Part shown: piece by piece, positions 52,593 to 62,646 of the stretch
Position numbering within the stretch: position 1 is the stretch's first letter
Layout of the letters: each line of letters starts with the position of its first letter
Origin: Cyanobacteriota bacterium
GTDB taxonomy: Bacteria > Cyanobacteriota > Cyanobacteriia > Thermostichales > Thermostichaceae
Direction of reading: 5' to 3'
Length of the DNA: 64,000 bases
Assembly: GCA_033764955.1 (NCBI GenBank)
Contig: JANRIL010000030.1
Location: 27,430 to 91,429, forward strand
Notes under the pieces: generated by a model
Told to the model about the DNA's origin: nothing
Databases searched by the model: none
Seen by the model: the letters and a program-made list of their open reading frames with translations, nothing else
Made by a program: the position numbers and the translations under genes

Positions 52593-53333
52593 ATGAGTCT
52601 CTATTCACTGCGGATGGCAGATATTCCGGTGGGAGAGCGGCCACGGGAACGGCTGCTGGCGGAGGGATCCCGTTCTTTAGCTACGGCAGAGCTGTTAGCA
52701 ATTTTGCTGGGAACGGGACAGGGAGCGGGCAAGCTGTCGGCGGTGGGGTTGGGACAACTGTTGCTGAGGGAGCTGGGGCAACATGCAGCGGATCCCTTGA
52801 GCCGTCTGCGGGAGGTGGGGGGGGGGGAATTGATGCAGATTGCGGGGGTGGGGCCGGCCAAAGCCACGACGATCTTGGCGGCGGTGGAACTGGGGCGGCG
52901 GATCTTTTTGGCTCGTCCCAATGAGCGCACCGTCATCGACTCGCCGCAGGTGGCAGCCTCGGTGTTGAGTGGTGAGATGATGTGGGATGCTCAGGAGCAC
53001 TTTGGGGTGGTGTTGCTCGACATCAAAAACCGTCTGATCGGTCAACAAATTGTAACGAAAGGTACGGCGACGGAAACCCTTTCCCACCCCCGCGAAACCT
53101 TCAAAACGGCGGTTCGTCTGGGAGCCAGCCGGATTTTGGTGGCCCATAACCATCCCTCCGGCAGTTTGGATCCCAGCCCTGAGGATCTAGCGCTGACCCG
53201 ACAACTCCTCCAATCGGGGCAGATCTTGGGGATCCCTCTGTTGGATCACTTGATTTTGGGAGGAGGACAGTTTCTCAGCCTGCGGGAGCAATCCCGACTT
53301 TGGCAGGACTATCCCCAGGAGGAGGGGGGCTGA
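52593..53333 (+). CDS. radC: RadC family JAB domain protein
   Basis: ERPRERL, HPRE, AHNHPSG and LLDHLI motifs; AAGGAG RBS. Confidence 0.95.
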   Translation: MSLYSLRMADIPVGERPRERLLAEGSRSLATAELLAILLGTGQGAGKLSAVGLGQLLLRELGQHAADPLSRLREVGGGELMQIAGVGPAKATTILAAVELGRRIFLARPNERTVIDSPQVAASVLSGEMMWDAQEHFGVVLLDIKNRLIGQQIVTKGTATETLSHPRETFKTAVRLGASRILVAHNHPSGSLDPSPEDLALTRQLLQSGQILGIPLLDHLILGGGQFLSLREQSRLWQDYPQEEGG

Positions 53334-53455
53334 GGGAAGGGATCCCTGCGAGCCTGTCTAACGCCCAGCTTGCCTTAAAATTGCGGTAGCGATTCCGTCG
53401 GAATTGTCATTGAGATTTTTCACTGAGATCATGTAACCGAGACCCTTTAGCAAGG

Positions 53456-54025
53456 ATGATGACCATGACCGTCGAGGAGTTTTTTCAGCAAAGTGCTGGG
53501 GAGTGGATGTGCCAGCGCACCAGCCATCATCTGGCGTTTCGGCGTGCGGAAGATGGTCGATCCAAATTACAGATCACCGCCCTTCCCCCCGACGATCCGG
53601 CGGTTATCCAAACCTGTCAGCTCCATAACGTGGATCCCACCTTAGCGGCTGGAGGAGCGCGGGTGCAGTGGCAAGGAGAACAGGATTGGGATAACGAAGA
53701 CTATCAGGGGGATGTGATTTTGGTAACCGTTCCCGATCCGGATCAGCCGCAATCCGGTCGCCTGCTGCGGGATCAGGGCTATGCCGAAAAAGTTCCTGTG
53801 GTGGGAACTTATACCATTGGCTCCGATAATGCCATGACCCTCTACACCGAGTATGAAATGACCGCTTCCGAGGAGCGCATCTGGTTTGCCAGCCCCAATT
53901 TGCGGTTTCGCGCCAGCGTCACCAAGCGGTTTGGCGGCTTCAGTATGGCTTCCTTTTGCTCCGAAATCCGCCGCTTGCCCAGCCCAAAAACCGCCGAGGC
54001 AGAGACGGTCAGCACAAGTGCATAA
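53456..54025 (+). CDS. cpcS: Phycobiliprotein lyase, CpcS/CpeS type
   Basis: FFQQSAGEW..QRTSHHL, LLRDQGYAE, EERIWFASPNLR and ASFCSEIR motifs. Confidence 0.88.
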   Translation: MMTMTVEEFFQQSAGEWMCQRTSHHLAFRRAEDGRSKLQITALPPDDPAVIQTCQLHNVDPTLAAGGARVQWQGEQDWDNEDYQGDVILVTVPDPDQPQSGRLLRDQGYAEKVPVVGTYTIGSDNAMTLYTEYEMTASEERIWFASPNLRFRASVTKRFGGFSMASFCSEIRRLPSPKTAEAETVSTSA

Positions 54026-54072
54026 GGATCTTGTGGAGTATTAGAGGGATCCCACTATCTGTCCATGCGGCA

Positions 54073-55455
54073 TTAAGGGGATCCCTGATGCACAGTTTTG
54101 ACCCATTTCAACCGTTTGGGCTGAATGCACATGCGGCTGGTGGTAACAATCATGACCGGGATCCAGTGCAGCATATAGAGCAACCCCAAGCTGAGATCCC
54201 GAATCAGTCTCCAGCCCCGTCGCTGATGAATTTGGGATAATCCGGCTGTAAATCCCCCGATCACGGTGGCGGCCATGACAATCCCAATCGGAGCCAAGAC
54301 AGAATGGTGAGAATAAAACAGATTCCAGGCCAGATCCGGAATCAGAGCCATTGGCATCAGATATTGGCTGATAAAAAATAGCAGCAAATCAACGCTTTTG
54401 CCCGGACTCAGGTGGTGCAGCAACCGCAGTCCATAATCGAGGTAGCGTTGATAGCCGCCTTCTGCCCAACGGCTGCGTTGATGCCAGAGCGCCTGCCAGT
54501 GGGTCACCCCCTCCTCCTGCACCGCCACATCAACCACAAACGCAATATCGATCCCCGCCAGATGCAGCTTAAAGGTGAGATCGAGATCGTCAGTCACGGT
54601 GGCTTCATTCCAACCCCCGCACTTTTTCAAAACATCCCGTCGCACCAACTGCCCGTTGCCCCTTAATTCTCCGATACCACCAATGGCAATCCGCTGCCGC
54701 TGAATATAGCTGTCATAGGCCATTTCCGCCCGTTGTTGTCGGGTCCAGAAATTTTGCTCGGCATTACTGATGGCTTTTTGCACCTGCACCGCCCCCACGG
54801 GACGCTTGGCATGGGCAGAGACCCGAAAAGAAGGGAGCGCCTGCCGTAGAAAATTGTTGGGTAGCTGGGCGTCGGCATCACAGACCAAAATGATCTCGCC
54901 GGCGGTTTGGGGCCAGACCTCATTGAGAGCCCCCGACTTGCCTCCCTGGGATCCCGGCGGTCGTTGATGGAGGCGTAGATGGGGCATCTGGCTCTGATAG
55001 CGGCTGACAATGGCAAAACTGTCATCACTGCTGCCATCATCAATCACCCAAATATCCAAATGCTGCGTCGGATAATCCAGTTGATTGAGGCTCTCCAACA
55101 AGCGGGGCAGCACCGCACTCTCATTTTTGGCCGGGATCAAAATCGACACCTGCGGCAGACGCACAGCAGCAGGCAAGGGATCCCCCACCCCTGCTTCACG
55201 CTCCAGCTCTAGCAAATCCGGTTGGGGCAGGGGTTGGCCTACGCTCAGCCGGAGCACATGCCCTGCCATTAAGAAGGCCAGCCCCCACACCAGCCAATGT
55301 CCCGACTCTACCCAATGGAGCAGACTGACGGTTCCCCAGACCAATCCCAGCACCAGCAGAGCCTTTAAGCGGCGACGCTGGTCAGCAGGAATCAACCATT
55401 GGGGCGGCTGCAACTCATCCAGGGGATCCCAGTCCATCCAGACGGATTCAGGCAT
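54073..55455 (-). CDS. mgdA: GT2 glycosyltransferase, probable monoglucosyldiacylglycerol synthase
   Basis: GGKSGALN, GIGELRGNGQ, TDDLD, QRSRWAEGGYQRYLDY and C-terminal RLKWVKT.H. Confidence 0.75.
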   Translation of the reverse strand: MPESVWMDWDPLDELQPPQWLIPADQRRRLKALLVLGLVWGTVSLLHWVESGHWLVWGLAFLMAGHVLRLSVGQPLPQPDLLELEREAGVGDPLPAAVRLPQVSILIPAKNESAVLPRLLESLNQLDYPTQHLDIWVIDDGSSDDSFAIVSRYQSQMPHLRLHQRPPGSQGGKSGALNEVWPQTAGEIILVCDADAQLPNNFLRQALPSFRVSAHAKRPVGAVQVQKAISNAEQNFWTRQQRAEMAYDSYIQRQRIAIGGIGELRGNGQLVRRDVLKKCGGWNEATVTDDLDLTFKLHLAGIDIAFVVDVAVQEEGVTHWQALWHQRSRWAEGGYQRYLDYGLRLLHHLSPGKSVDLLLFFISQYLMPMALIPDLAWNLFYSHHSVLAPIGIVMAATVIGGFTAGLSQIHQRRGWRLIRDLSLGLLYMLHWIPVMIVTTSRMCIQPKRLKWVKTVHQGSP

Positions 55456-55568
55456 GGCAGTCTCTCAGATTCAGGAAAGAACGTCAGAGGAACCGAGGGC
55501 TAAGCTGAGTCACAACCCGATGTCACGTCGGCAGCCTGAAATAACTCTGGGGATAAGATGAGGTCAAG

Positions 55569-56072
55569 CTAGGGATTGCCGCGAATTTCAGAAATAATGC
55601 CATCCTTCAAAACAATTTCCACCTGCATCTTTTGGATCAGGTTATCCCCCTGCTGGACGCGGAAAAAACTCTCCACGTTTCCCTGGATCACCTCTTGATC
55701 CATTTCTAGCCCATTTAACTGGTTAAGCTGTTGCAGCAGTTGATTTTTTTGATCGAGCAATTTAATCTTCTGCTCGTTCACCTGCCCCTTGATGCTTTCG
55801 ATCTGTTGCATGGCCTGTGGGCCGACCGGATTGATCGTCTGCTTTTCAATTTCGGCAATCGCCCGCTTGCCCTGGAATTCCAGTTGTTGCAGTTGTGTAT
55901 CCATATTCTGGACTTGACGCTGCATTTGTTCCTGCATCTCATTTTTCCAGAGGGGAGTAACCACCACCTTGATGGGGATGGTGCGCTTCAGGAGAAGCTG
56001 AGGACTGGCGGTGATTTCTTCCATAAACACGGGGTTAACGACGAAGCGGTTGCAGAGCAAACCGTCATCCAT
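55569..56072 (-). CDS. YlqD family protein
   Basis: LLLKR...KVVVTPLWK coiled coil, QG.VESFF...GDNL..KMQVEI; start 56072 or 56024. Confidence 0.85.
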   Translation of the reverse strand: MDDGLLCNRFVVNPVFMEEITASPQLLLKRTIPIKVVVTPLWKNEMQEQMQRQVQNMDTQLQQLEFQGKRAIAEIEKQTINPVGPQAMQQIESIKGQVNEQKIKLLDQKNQLLQQLNQLNGLEMDQEVIQGNVESFFRVQQGDNLIQKMQVEIVLKDGIISEIRGNP

Positions 56073-56161
56073 AGTAAGGTCTCCTGTGCCAAAGGGAAAG
56101 TCCTGCCGTCAACTCGGCTTCGTCTTCTCGGATTCTTTCCCTCTTTAAGGTTTTTGGTGGC

Positions 56162-56212
56162 TTGACAGAACGAACGCTCGAAATTACACTTCTAATAGTG
56201 AACGTTCGCTCT
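56162..56212 (+). promoter_or_regulatory. Sigma70-type promoter with two operator-like sites
   Basis: TTGACA (56162)-N17-TACACT (56185); CGAACGCTCG in the spacer and TGAACGTTCG downstream. Confidence 0.75.
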
Positions 56213-56219
56213 AAAAACG

Positions 56220-56843
56220 ATGCCCAAGATTGTTGACCATGCTCTGGTTCGTCAGGAGTTGCTGGCTAAAGCCTTTGATCTGTTTGCCGAAAAAGGCTAT
56301 GGATCCCTGTCGATGCGGGAGCTAGCCAAGGGTCTGGGGGTATCGATGGGATCCCTTTATCACTACTTCCCCAGCAAGAAAGACTTGTTTTGGCAGTTGA
56401 TGGAGCACGAGGTTTTGCAGGATGTGAAAAGCTTCATGCAGGACTTTGATCCCCAGCGCGGCCTGATTGAGCAAATCGAAAAGGGGTTTGCTTGTATGGC
56501 GGAAGAGGAGGAACGGTCGCGCAAGCAAGTGCTGCTCTGGATGGAGTTTGTGCAACAGCAGGGACGGGAGGAGGTACTCCAAGAAAGCCAAGCTCTAAAA
56601 ACCCTGATTGCTGATTCTTATCGCCAGATTGCTGCCCAGCTTGGCCTGGATGATTTGGCTCTGATGGCTTTCTGGGACTGCCTAATGGTCGGGATCCTCA
56701 TGCAGCGCTTTGTTTTGGGGGACATCACCACTTTTGCGGAGCAGGGCCAGTTGCTGGCACGCATGTTGAGCGCCTACCTCGACCAGATTCGCCACGATCC
56801 TAACTACCAACCCATTCACCCTCTTTCTCAACCATTTCTATGA
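56220..56843 (+). CDS. TetR family transcriptional regulator
   Basis: MPKIVDH...SMRELAKGLGVSMGSLYHYFPSK. Confidence 0.93.
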   Translation: MPKIVDHALVRQELLAKAFDLFAEKGYGSLSMRELAKGLGVSMGSLYHYFPSKKDLFWQLMEHEVLQDVKSFMQDFDPQRGLIEQIEKGFACMAEEEERSRKQVLLWMEFVQQQGREEVLQESQALKTLIADSYRQIAAQLGLDDLALMAFWDCLMVGILMQRFVLGDITTFAEQGQLLARMLSAYLDQIRHDPNYQPIHPLSQPFL

Positions 56844-58009
56844 TTTCTGCACCCTCCTTCAAATGGCCCTCCCTAGGGGTCGCTCTTGTAACGGCTACCT
56901 CCATCACCCTCCTCACGGGCTACTTCACCCTCAACCAATCCCGCTCCCCATCCTCTTCCCCTGCCCCTCTCTTGCCCACCCCCCCACCCCACATTACCGC
57001 CCTGGGTCGGATTGAACCCGCCTCCGAGGTGATTCGCGTTGCTGTGCCCGCTTCGGTGGATGGCGATCGCCTGCGGGAATTGCCAGTCAAGCAGGGGGAT
57101 CGGGTGACCGTGGGTCAGGTTTTGGGCATCTTGGATAGCTACGCCCAACGGGAGGCCAATTGGCGGCAAGCCCAACAGGATTTAGCCGTGGCGCAAGCCC
57201 AGTTAGCTCAAGTCAAAGCCGGAGCCAAAGCCGGAGAAATTGCTGCCCAACAGGCCACGATTCGCCAGCTAGAAATCCAACAACAGGGGGAAATTGCCGC
57301 CCAACAAGCCACCGTGAACCGCCTAGAAGCCGAAATGGCTAATGCCGATGCCGAATATCAACGCTACCAATCCCTTTATCAGGAGGGGGCGGTTTCCCAA
57401 TCGCAGTTGGATAGCAAACGCCTAAGTTGGGATACGACCCGTGCCCAGGTCGAAGCTGCTCGTGTCACCCTGCGGCGGCTAGAAACCTCTGCGCTGCCGG
57501 AAATTCAAGCCGCCCAAGCCACCCTCAACCGAATTGCGGAAGTGCGACCTGTGGATGTGCAGGTGGCAGAGGCGGAGGTGGATCGCGCTCAAGCCTCGGT
57601 GGTGCAAGCCCAGCGTCAACTCGAGCAAGCCGTGATCCGTGCCCCCCAAGCCGGACAAATCTTAAAGATTCACACCCAACCGGGGGAAAAGATCCAGGCT
57701 GACGGCCTGATGGATCTGGCGGATACCCAACAGATGATGGTGGTGGCGGAGGTCTATCAGACCGATATTGGTCGGGTGCAGGTGGGGCAGCCCGCCCAGA
57801 TTGTCAGCTCGGCTTTTGGGGAGCGCCTGCAGGGCACAGTCTCGGAGATCGGTCTCCAGGTAGAGAAACAAAATGTATTCAGCGATCAACCCGGAGAAAA
57901 CCTGGATCAACGGGTAGTAGAAGTGAAAATTCGCCTTTCCCCTGAATCCAGTCAGCAGGTGGCCAGCATGACTAATCTCCAGGTGGATGCTCTCATCCAG
58001 GCCCAGTAG
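56840..58009 (+). CDS. devB: ABC exporter membrane fusion protein, DevB family
   Basis: ALGRIEP, coiled coil, VAEVYQTDI and D.RVVEVKI motifs. Confidence 0.9.
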   Translation: MISAPSFKWPSLGVALVTATSITLLTGYFTLNQSRSPSSSPAPLLPTPPPHITALGRIEPASEVIRVAVPASVDGDRLRELPVKQGDRVTVGQVLGILDSYAQREANWRQAQQDLAVAQAQLAQVKAGAKAGEIAAQQATIRQLEIQQQGEIAAQQATVNRLEAEMANADAEYQRYQSLYQEGAVSQSQLDSKRLSWDTTRAQVEAARVTLRRLETSALPEIQAAQATLNRIAEVRPVDVQVAEAEVDRAQASVVQAQRQLEQAVIRAPQAGQILKIHTQPGEKIQADGLMDLADTQQMMVVAEVYQTDIGRVQVGQPAQIVSSAFGERLQGTVSEIGLQVEKQNVFSDQPGENLDQRVVEVKIRLSPESSQQVASMTNLQVDALIQAQ

Positions 58010-58171
58010 GGATCCCAGCAAGTCGCGGATTAGGGGCGAAAGAACTCAAACCGAGAAGGGATCCCTGGCTTAATTTAAGACGAACGCCCGAAATCACAGG
58101 TATAAAGCAGAAAGGATCCATCCATGACCAACAAAATTTATTTCAACTGGAATCCGGCCAAGGAGTAAAAG

Positions 58172-58399
58172 ATGAAAAGATGGCAGACTTTTTGCCATTC
58201 CATCGGGATGTGGATATGGCATTGGGGATCCGAATCGCAGGGTCAGATTCAGGAATTGAGTTTAGAGATAGAAAGCTGGGGGGTATATGACTCAGATGTG
58301 GGGGTTGCCTTAGTAGGAGTGATAGGCATTTCTCTCCTAGAAAAGATAGCCACAGCCCTGATTCCCCGCCTCAAAAAACAAAAACCATGTGATTCGTAA
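58172..58399 (+). CDS. Small hypothetical protein (75 aa), possibly with one TM
   Basis: AAGGAG RBS; lies between devB and devC. Confidence 0.45.
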   Translation: MKRWQTFCHSIGMWIWHWGSESQGQIQELSLEIESWGVYDSDVGVALVGVIGISLLEKIATALIPRLKKQKPCDS

Positions 58400-58488
58400 T
58401 TCAATTTCACAGTTCATCAAAGGGAATCCATTTGACAGTTCGGTAGTCCAGCGAAAACTCTGAAAACATAACTCAGGAATCCCCCTAT

Positions 58489-59655
58489 ATGCTGACAAAA
58501 TGGCTCAAGAAAACACCCGTCGCCTGGCTGCAACTTACCCGCAATAAAACTCGATTTACGGTGGCTCTGGCGGGAATTGCTTTTGCTGATCTGCTGATCT
58601 TTTTGCAGATGGGTTTTGAAGCTTCTCTGTATGAGTCATCCATCACCCCCCACAAAAGCCTACAAGCGGATCTGGTGCTGGTTCATCCTAAGTCCCAAGC
58701 CCTCATTTCCATGAAACCATTTCCACGGGAGAAACTTCAGCAAAGTTTAGCCCTATCCGAAGTGGATTCCGTAAGTGGGGTGGCAGTGGCTTCGGCGGGC
58801 TGGCGCAATCCCGAAACCCGATCAGAAAGACAGATTTTGGTCTGGGGAATCGATCCGGATCGCATCAGCTTTGACTTGCCTGCCGTGCGGGATCAACAGC
58901 GTCAACTTCAGTCCCTCAACACCCTTTTGTATGATCAAGCAGGCCGTTCAGAATATGGGCGAATTGCTGAGTTATGGCAGTCGGGATCCCCTGTTACAAC
59001 AGAATTAAATGATAAGCAAATCCGTGTAGCAGGACTATTTAGTTTGGGAGCTTCTTTTGCTGCTGATGGCAACGTGATCACTAGTCATTCTACATTTTTG
59101 CGATTATTTCCTGAGCGGCAGGCAAAGGAAATCGAGATAGGGTTGATTCAACTAACACCAGAAGCCAATATCGATCAGGTTAAGCTTCAGTTGCAGTCCT
59201 TTTTATCGGATCAGGTCAAGGTACTTACCCTAGAGGAGTTTGGTCAAACCGAGAAAAAATACTGGGAAACCAGTACAGCGATCGGCTTCATCTTTGGGAT
59301 TGGTGTGGGGATGGGTTTGATTGTGGGGATAGTGATTGTCTATCAAATTCTTTATTCGGATGTTAATGACCACCTGCCGCAATATGCCACCCTCAAAGCA
59401 ATGGGATATACCGATCATTCCCTCTTATTCATTTTGATGCAGGAGGCAACTTTATTGGCCTTACTGGGTTTTATCCCTGGCTTTTTGCTGTCAGCGGGGT
59501 TATATGAAGTTGCTCGTCTTGCCACAATGTTGCCGATTGGAATGACGGTGTCGCGGGCAAGCACAGTTTTGGTTATGACATTGATGATGTGCTTGATTTC
59601 TGGCACGGTAGCGATGGGTAAACTGCGCTCAGCCGATCCGGCAGATGTATTTTAG
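58489..59655 (+). CDS. devC: ABC exporter permease, DevC family
   Basis: AWLQL, ALAGIAFAD.L, LGASFAADGN, YATLKAMGY and ADPADVF motifs. Confidence 0.93.
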   Translation: MLTKWLKKTPVAWLQLTRNKTRFTVALAGIAFADLLIFLQMGFEASLYESSITPHKSLQADLVLVHPKSQALISMKPFPREKLQQSLALSEVDSVSGVAVASAGWRNPETRSERQILVWGIDPDRISFDLPAVRDQQRQLQSLNTLLYDQAGRSEYGRIAELWQSGSPVTTELNDKQIRVAGLFSLGASFAADGNVITSHSTFLRLFPERQAKEIEIGLIQLTPEANIDQVKLQLQSFLSDQVKVLTLEEFGQTEKKYWETSTAIGFIFGIGVGMGLIVGIVIVYQILYSDVNDHLPQYATLKAMGYTDHSLLFILMQEATLLALLGFIPGFLLSAGLYEVARLATMLPIGMTVSRASTVLVMTLMMCLISGTVAMGKLRSADPADVF

Positions 59656-59775
59656 TTTTGCTCTATCAGTGGGTGGAAATTAGGGCTGCTACTTCTCAAC
59701 TCCTTCTCAGATTGCCTAGTTTTTATTCAACCCATTGATGCTTCCAAAGATCGGTAATTTCTTAAGGAATTAGCC

Positions 59776-60414
59776 ATGAATGTGAACGTTCGTTCTCTCG
59801 ATTTGATGGATGAGCTGAAGGCTTGCCAGGTTTTAGTGGAAGCTTTTCGTGAGGATCCGGTGGTTGCTTATCTAACCTCCGAAAGCAGTCGGGATCCCAT
59901 TCTCCGTTGTGTGATGAGTGGCATTCTTCGCTATTGTCAGCCCTACCGACATCTTTATGGAGCATATACCCCAGACGGATCCTTGGTTGGAGTAGCAGGC
60001 TGGATGCCTCCCCATACTCCTCTAGAAGATTTACGGGGTTGGTTGCGTGTGGGGTTTTATCATTTACCCCGACTGGTTCCGGTTAAGTTATGGGGACGCT
60101 GGTTCCATTTTGCTACCTTGATTAAGCCATCTCCTCAACCCTTTTGGTCATTACAAATATTAGCTGTTCATCCCGATTATCAGGGGCAGGGTATCGGCAA
60201 AAAGCTTCTGAAGCCAATCCTAAAACTATCCGAACAACAGGGGATCCCTTGCTGCTTAGAAACTTCTACCTTAGCAGCGATGCGGTTCTATCAACGGCAG
60301 GGGTTTGCCCAGACTGTTCGCCTCCATTTGAATGATGAAGAACTATCCTATTGGCAGATGGAGAGATCGCCTCAATTCAAAGATTCCCATTTCCAATTCT
60401 CCCCGATTTCCTAA
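59776..60414 (+). CDS. GNAT acetyltransferase
   Basis: AF.EDP, LAVHPDYQGQGIGKKLL and LETS...FYQRQGF motifs; AAGGA RBS. Confidence 0.88.
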   Translation: MNVNVRSLDLMDELKACQVLVEAFREDPVVAYLTSESSRDPILRCVMSGILRYCQPYRHLYGAYTPDGSLVGVAGWMPPHTPLEDLRGWLRVGFYHLPRLVPVKLWGRWFHFATLIKPSPQPFWSLQILAVHPDYQGQGIGKKLLKPILKLSEQQGIPCCLETSTLAAMRFYQRQGFAQTVRLHLNDEELSYWQMERSPQFKDSHFQFSPIS

Positions 60415-60514
60415 GTTTTTATCCTGTGAGGAGAATGGGAACAACTGGCCTCATCCTCACTCATAGCCATCAAACAGTTAATTTTTAATCCCTTGATGAT
60501 TGGAGGCTCTGGTC

Positions 60515-61312
60515 ATGATGTCTATCTCTCAAAATGAAGCAGCTCAAGAGACAAGTCAAATTCAGTTTGAGCCCGTGATATCGGTGCAAAACTTAGATCA
60601 TTTTTTTGGAGAATCTGATCTAAGAAAACAAGCTCTTTATCAGATTAACCTAGAGATTCAAAGGGGAGAAATTGTTATTATGACAGGCCCTTCTGGATCA
60701 GGAAAAACAACATTACTTAGCCTAATGGGAGGACTACGTTCAGCTCAAATGGGCAGCTTAAAAATCCTAGGACAAGAGATGTGTGGAGCTACGGCTGTAA
60801 ATCGTGTCAAGATTCGTCGCCAAATTGGTTATATCTTTCAGGCTCATAACCTGATGACTTTTTTGACTGCCAAACAAAATGTCCGTATGTCTCTCGAATT
60901 GCATGATCACTATCTAGATGCTGATACCGATGCTTTAGCGGTAGCCATGTTAGATGCGGTTGGCTTGGGTAATCGGGTTGACTATTATCCCGATCAGTTA
61001 TCGGGAGGACAACGACAACGGGTAGCGATAGCTAGAGCGTTGGTGGCTCGTCCACAAATTGTTTTGGCGGATGAACCTACCGCCGCCTTAGACAAAAAAT
61101 CTGGTCGAGATGTAGTGGATCTCCTACAGAAATTAGCCAAAGAACAGGGCTGTACTATTCTTTTGGTCACCCACGACAATCGGATTTTGGATATTGCGGA
61201 TCGAATCGTTTATATGGAAGATGGTCACTTAATCGAGGATAACGTCAATTTGAATGTTGTTGAATCAACTGAAACCCAGTTGGTTGCTCTTCCTGCTTCA
61301 TTCCCCGAATGA
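60515..61312 (+). CDS. devA: ABC exporter ATP-binding protein, DevA family
   Basis: GPSGSGKTT, IGYIFQAHNL, LSGGQRQR and ADEPTAALD motifs; GGAGG RBS. Confidence 0.93.
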   Translation: MMSISQNEAAQETSQIQFEPVISVQNLDHFFGESDLRKQALYQINLEIQRGEIVIMTGPSGSGKTTLLSLMGGLRSAQMGSLKILGQEMCGATAVNRVKIRRQIGYIFQAHNLMTFLTAKQNVRMSLELHDHYLDADTDALAVAMLDAVGLGNRVDYYPDQLSGGQRQRVAIARALVARPQIVLADEPTAALDKKSGRDVVDLLQKLAKEQGCTILLVTHDNRILDIADRIVYMEDGHLIEDNVNLNVVESTETQLVALPASFPE

Positions 61313-61358
61313 TCGGGGGCACAATTCTACCTTAATGCTTTGTGGATGGGGGGATCCC

Positions 61359-61739
61359 TTAGGACAGTTCAAAGGCGTGGGGGATATATTCTCGTAATTT
61401 CAACTGCTTGGGGTGAATCTCGACTAGAGCTACATCAAATTGGCAATCGTATTCCGCATAGGCGGGATGCTGGCTGAGAAAAAAGGAGGAGGTTCGGGCA
61501 ATTTTGTCTTGTTTGCGTTGATCGACAGCCTGCCGTCCCCCTTGATCCCAACTGTTAACTTGGCGGGTTTTTACTTCCACAAAAATTAATCGGGATCCCT
61601 GACAAGCGACGATATCAATCTCTCCCCAACGGCTGCGCCACTGTCTGGCTATCACCTGCCACCCCTGAGTGATTAAATAGTCACAAACCAGAGTTTCTCC
61701 CTGGGATCCAATTGGTTGGGAGGGGTGGGGAGAAGTCAC
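61359..61739 (-). CDS. YraN family (UPF0102) protein
   Basis: GE.LV..YL..QGW, GEIDIV, FVEVKTR and FDVA motifs. Confidence 0.92.
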   Translation of the reverse strand: MTSPHPSQPIGSQGETLVCDYLITQGWQVIARQWRSRWGEIDIVACQGSRLIFVEVKTRQVNSWDQGGRQAVDQRKQDKIARTSSFFLSQHPAYAEYDCQFDVALVEIHPKQLKLREYIPHAFELS

Positions 61740-61786
61740 GGGATTCCCTTTCGGGCGGGGTGGAGGGAGGAAGTGGCGAGATTTCT

Positions 61787-62023
61787 CTAAAACTTATTGA
61801 GATCAAGACCGGCTTGCCGTGCCATCTCTCCAAGAGTTTGGTGCTTGAGGGTTTTCAACGCCTTCGTCGATATCCGCAACCGAACAAAGCGCTTGCCCTC
61901 TTCCCACCACAGGCGCTTCCACTGTAAGTTGGCCTCTTGAATCTTTTTGGTGCGCCGATGGGAGTGGGAAATGGAGTAGGCGTTGTTTTTCTTTTTCTGG
62001 GTGAGCTGACAGTGGCGACCCAT
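61787..62023 (-). CDS. rpmB: 50S ribosomal protein L28
   Basis: [30 protein letters not shown]. Confidence 0.97.
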   Translation of the reverse strand: MGRHCQLTQKKKNNAYSISHSHRRTKKIQEANLQWKRLWWEEGKRFVRLRISTKALKTLKHQTLGEMARQAGLDLNKF

Positions 62024-62053
62024 AGGTTTGGCTTCAAAAATACAGCTTTGTTA

Positions 62054-62407
62054 TTATACGGGATCGCGTTTGCTCGACGCAAGCTGCAACTGGTTTTGAA
62101 GTTGAGAAAATTCAGCCTTCAGTTGGTGGAAACGTTGTTGGCAGTGATTGACACTCTGTAACGGCAATTCCTCGTTCTTGGCAATACAGGTTACCTGCAC
62201 CGAGTCCCCTTGGCGGGCGCGATCCATGAGCACCTCAACGGTCACCAGTTGCGTATAGGGTTTTTCTCCGGGAGGTTCCCCAGCCACCCAGTAGTCTTGG
62301 CTGTTGTGGAGAATCGTCAAACGGCAACGCTCCAACAAGTTGCGGATTGCTTCGTTCAACTGATCGTTAGAACCGGAGAGCTTGGTCACGCACGAGTAAC
62401 GAGCCAT
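62054..62407 (-). CDS. Conserved cyanobacterial hypothetical protein
   Basis: MARYS..., A.E.PG...QLVTVEVL and KNEELPL...NHC motifs. Confidence 0.8.
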   Translation of the reverse strand: MARYSCVTKLSGSNDQLNEAIRNLLERCRLTILHNSQDYWVAGEPPGEKPYTQLVTVEVLMDRARQGDSVQVTCIAKNEELPLQSVNHCQQRFHQLKAEFSQLQNQLQLASSKRDPV

Positions 62408-62596
62408 GAGAGGAGAATGAGCAACAACAAAGAAGGGTATTCAGAACTCTGGCTAACCTATCCCAATTGGCTGGCAATAGGCAACGACTTCCTTTAACGA
62501 GGAGACTTAACACAACTATACTACTGATTTCTCGGCTTGCTTCTGGCCTGCATCCCCCAACAGCTCCCTGATCAATCGGAAGCCAGTAACCCTCAA

Positions 62597-62626
62597 TTGA
62601 CAAAGCCACAATCCTCTCGCTACATT
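62597..62626 (+). promoter_or_regulatory. Putative tRNA promoter
   Basis: TTGACA-N18-TACATT ending about 20 bp upstream of the tRNA. Confidence 0.55.
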
Positions 62627-62646
62627 AGTTAAGCGTAATTTCTGAT

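Noticed and set aside
58124..60414. RiPP biosynthetic cluster (peptide + GNAT + exporter)
   Set aside because: No recognisable leader peptide, maturase or peptidase domain; reported only as an open possibility.
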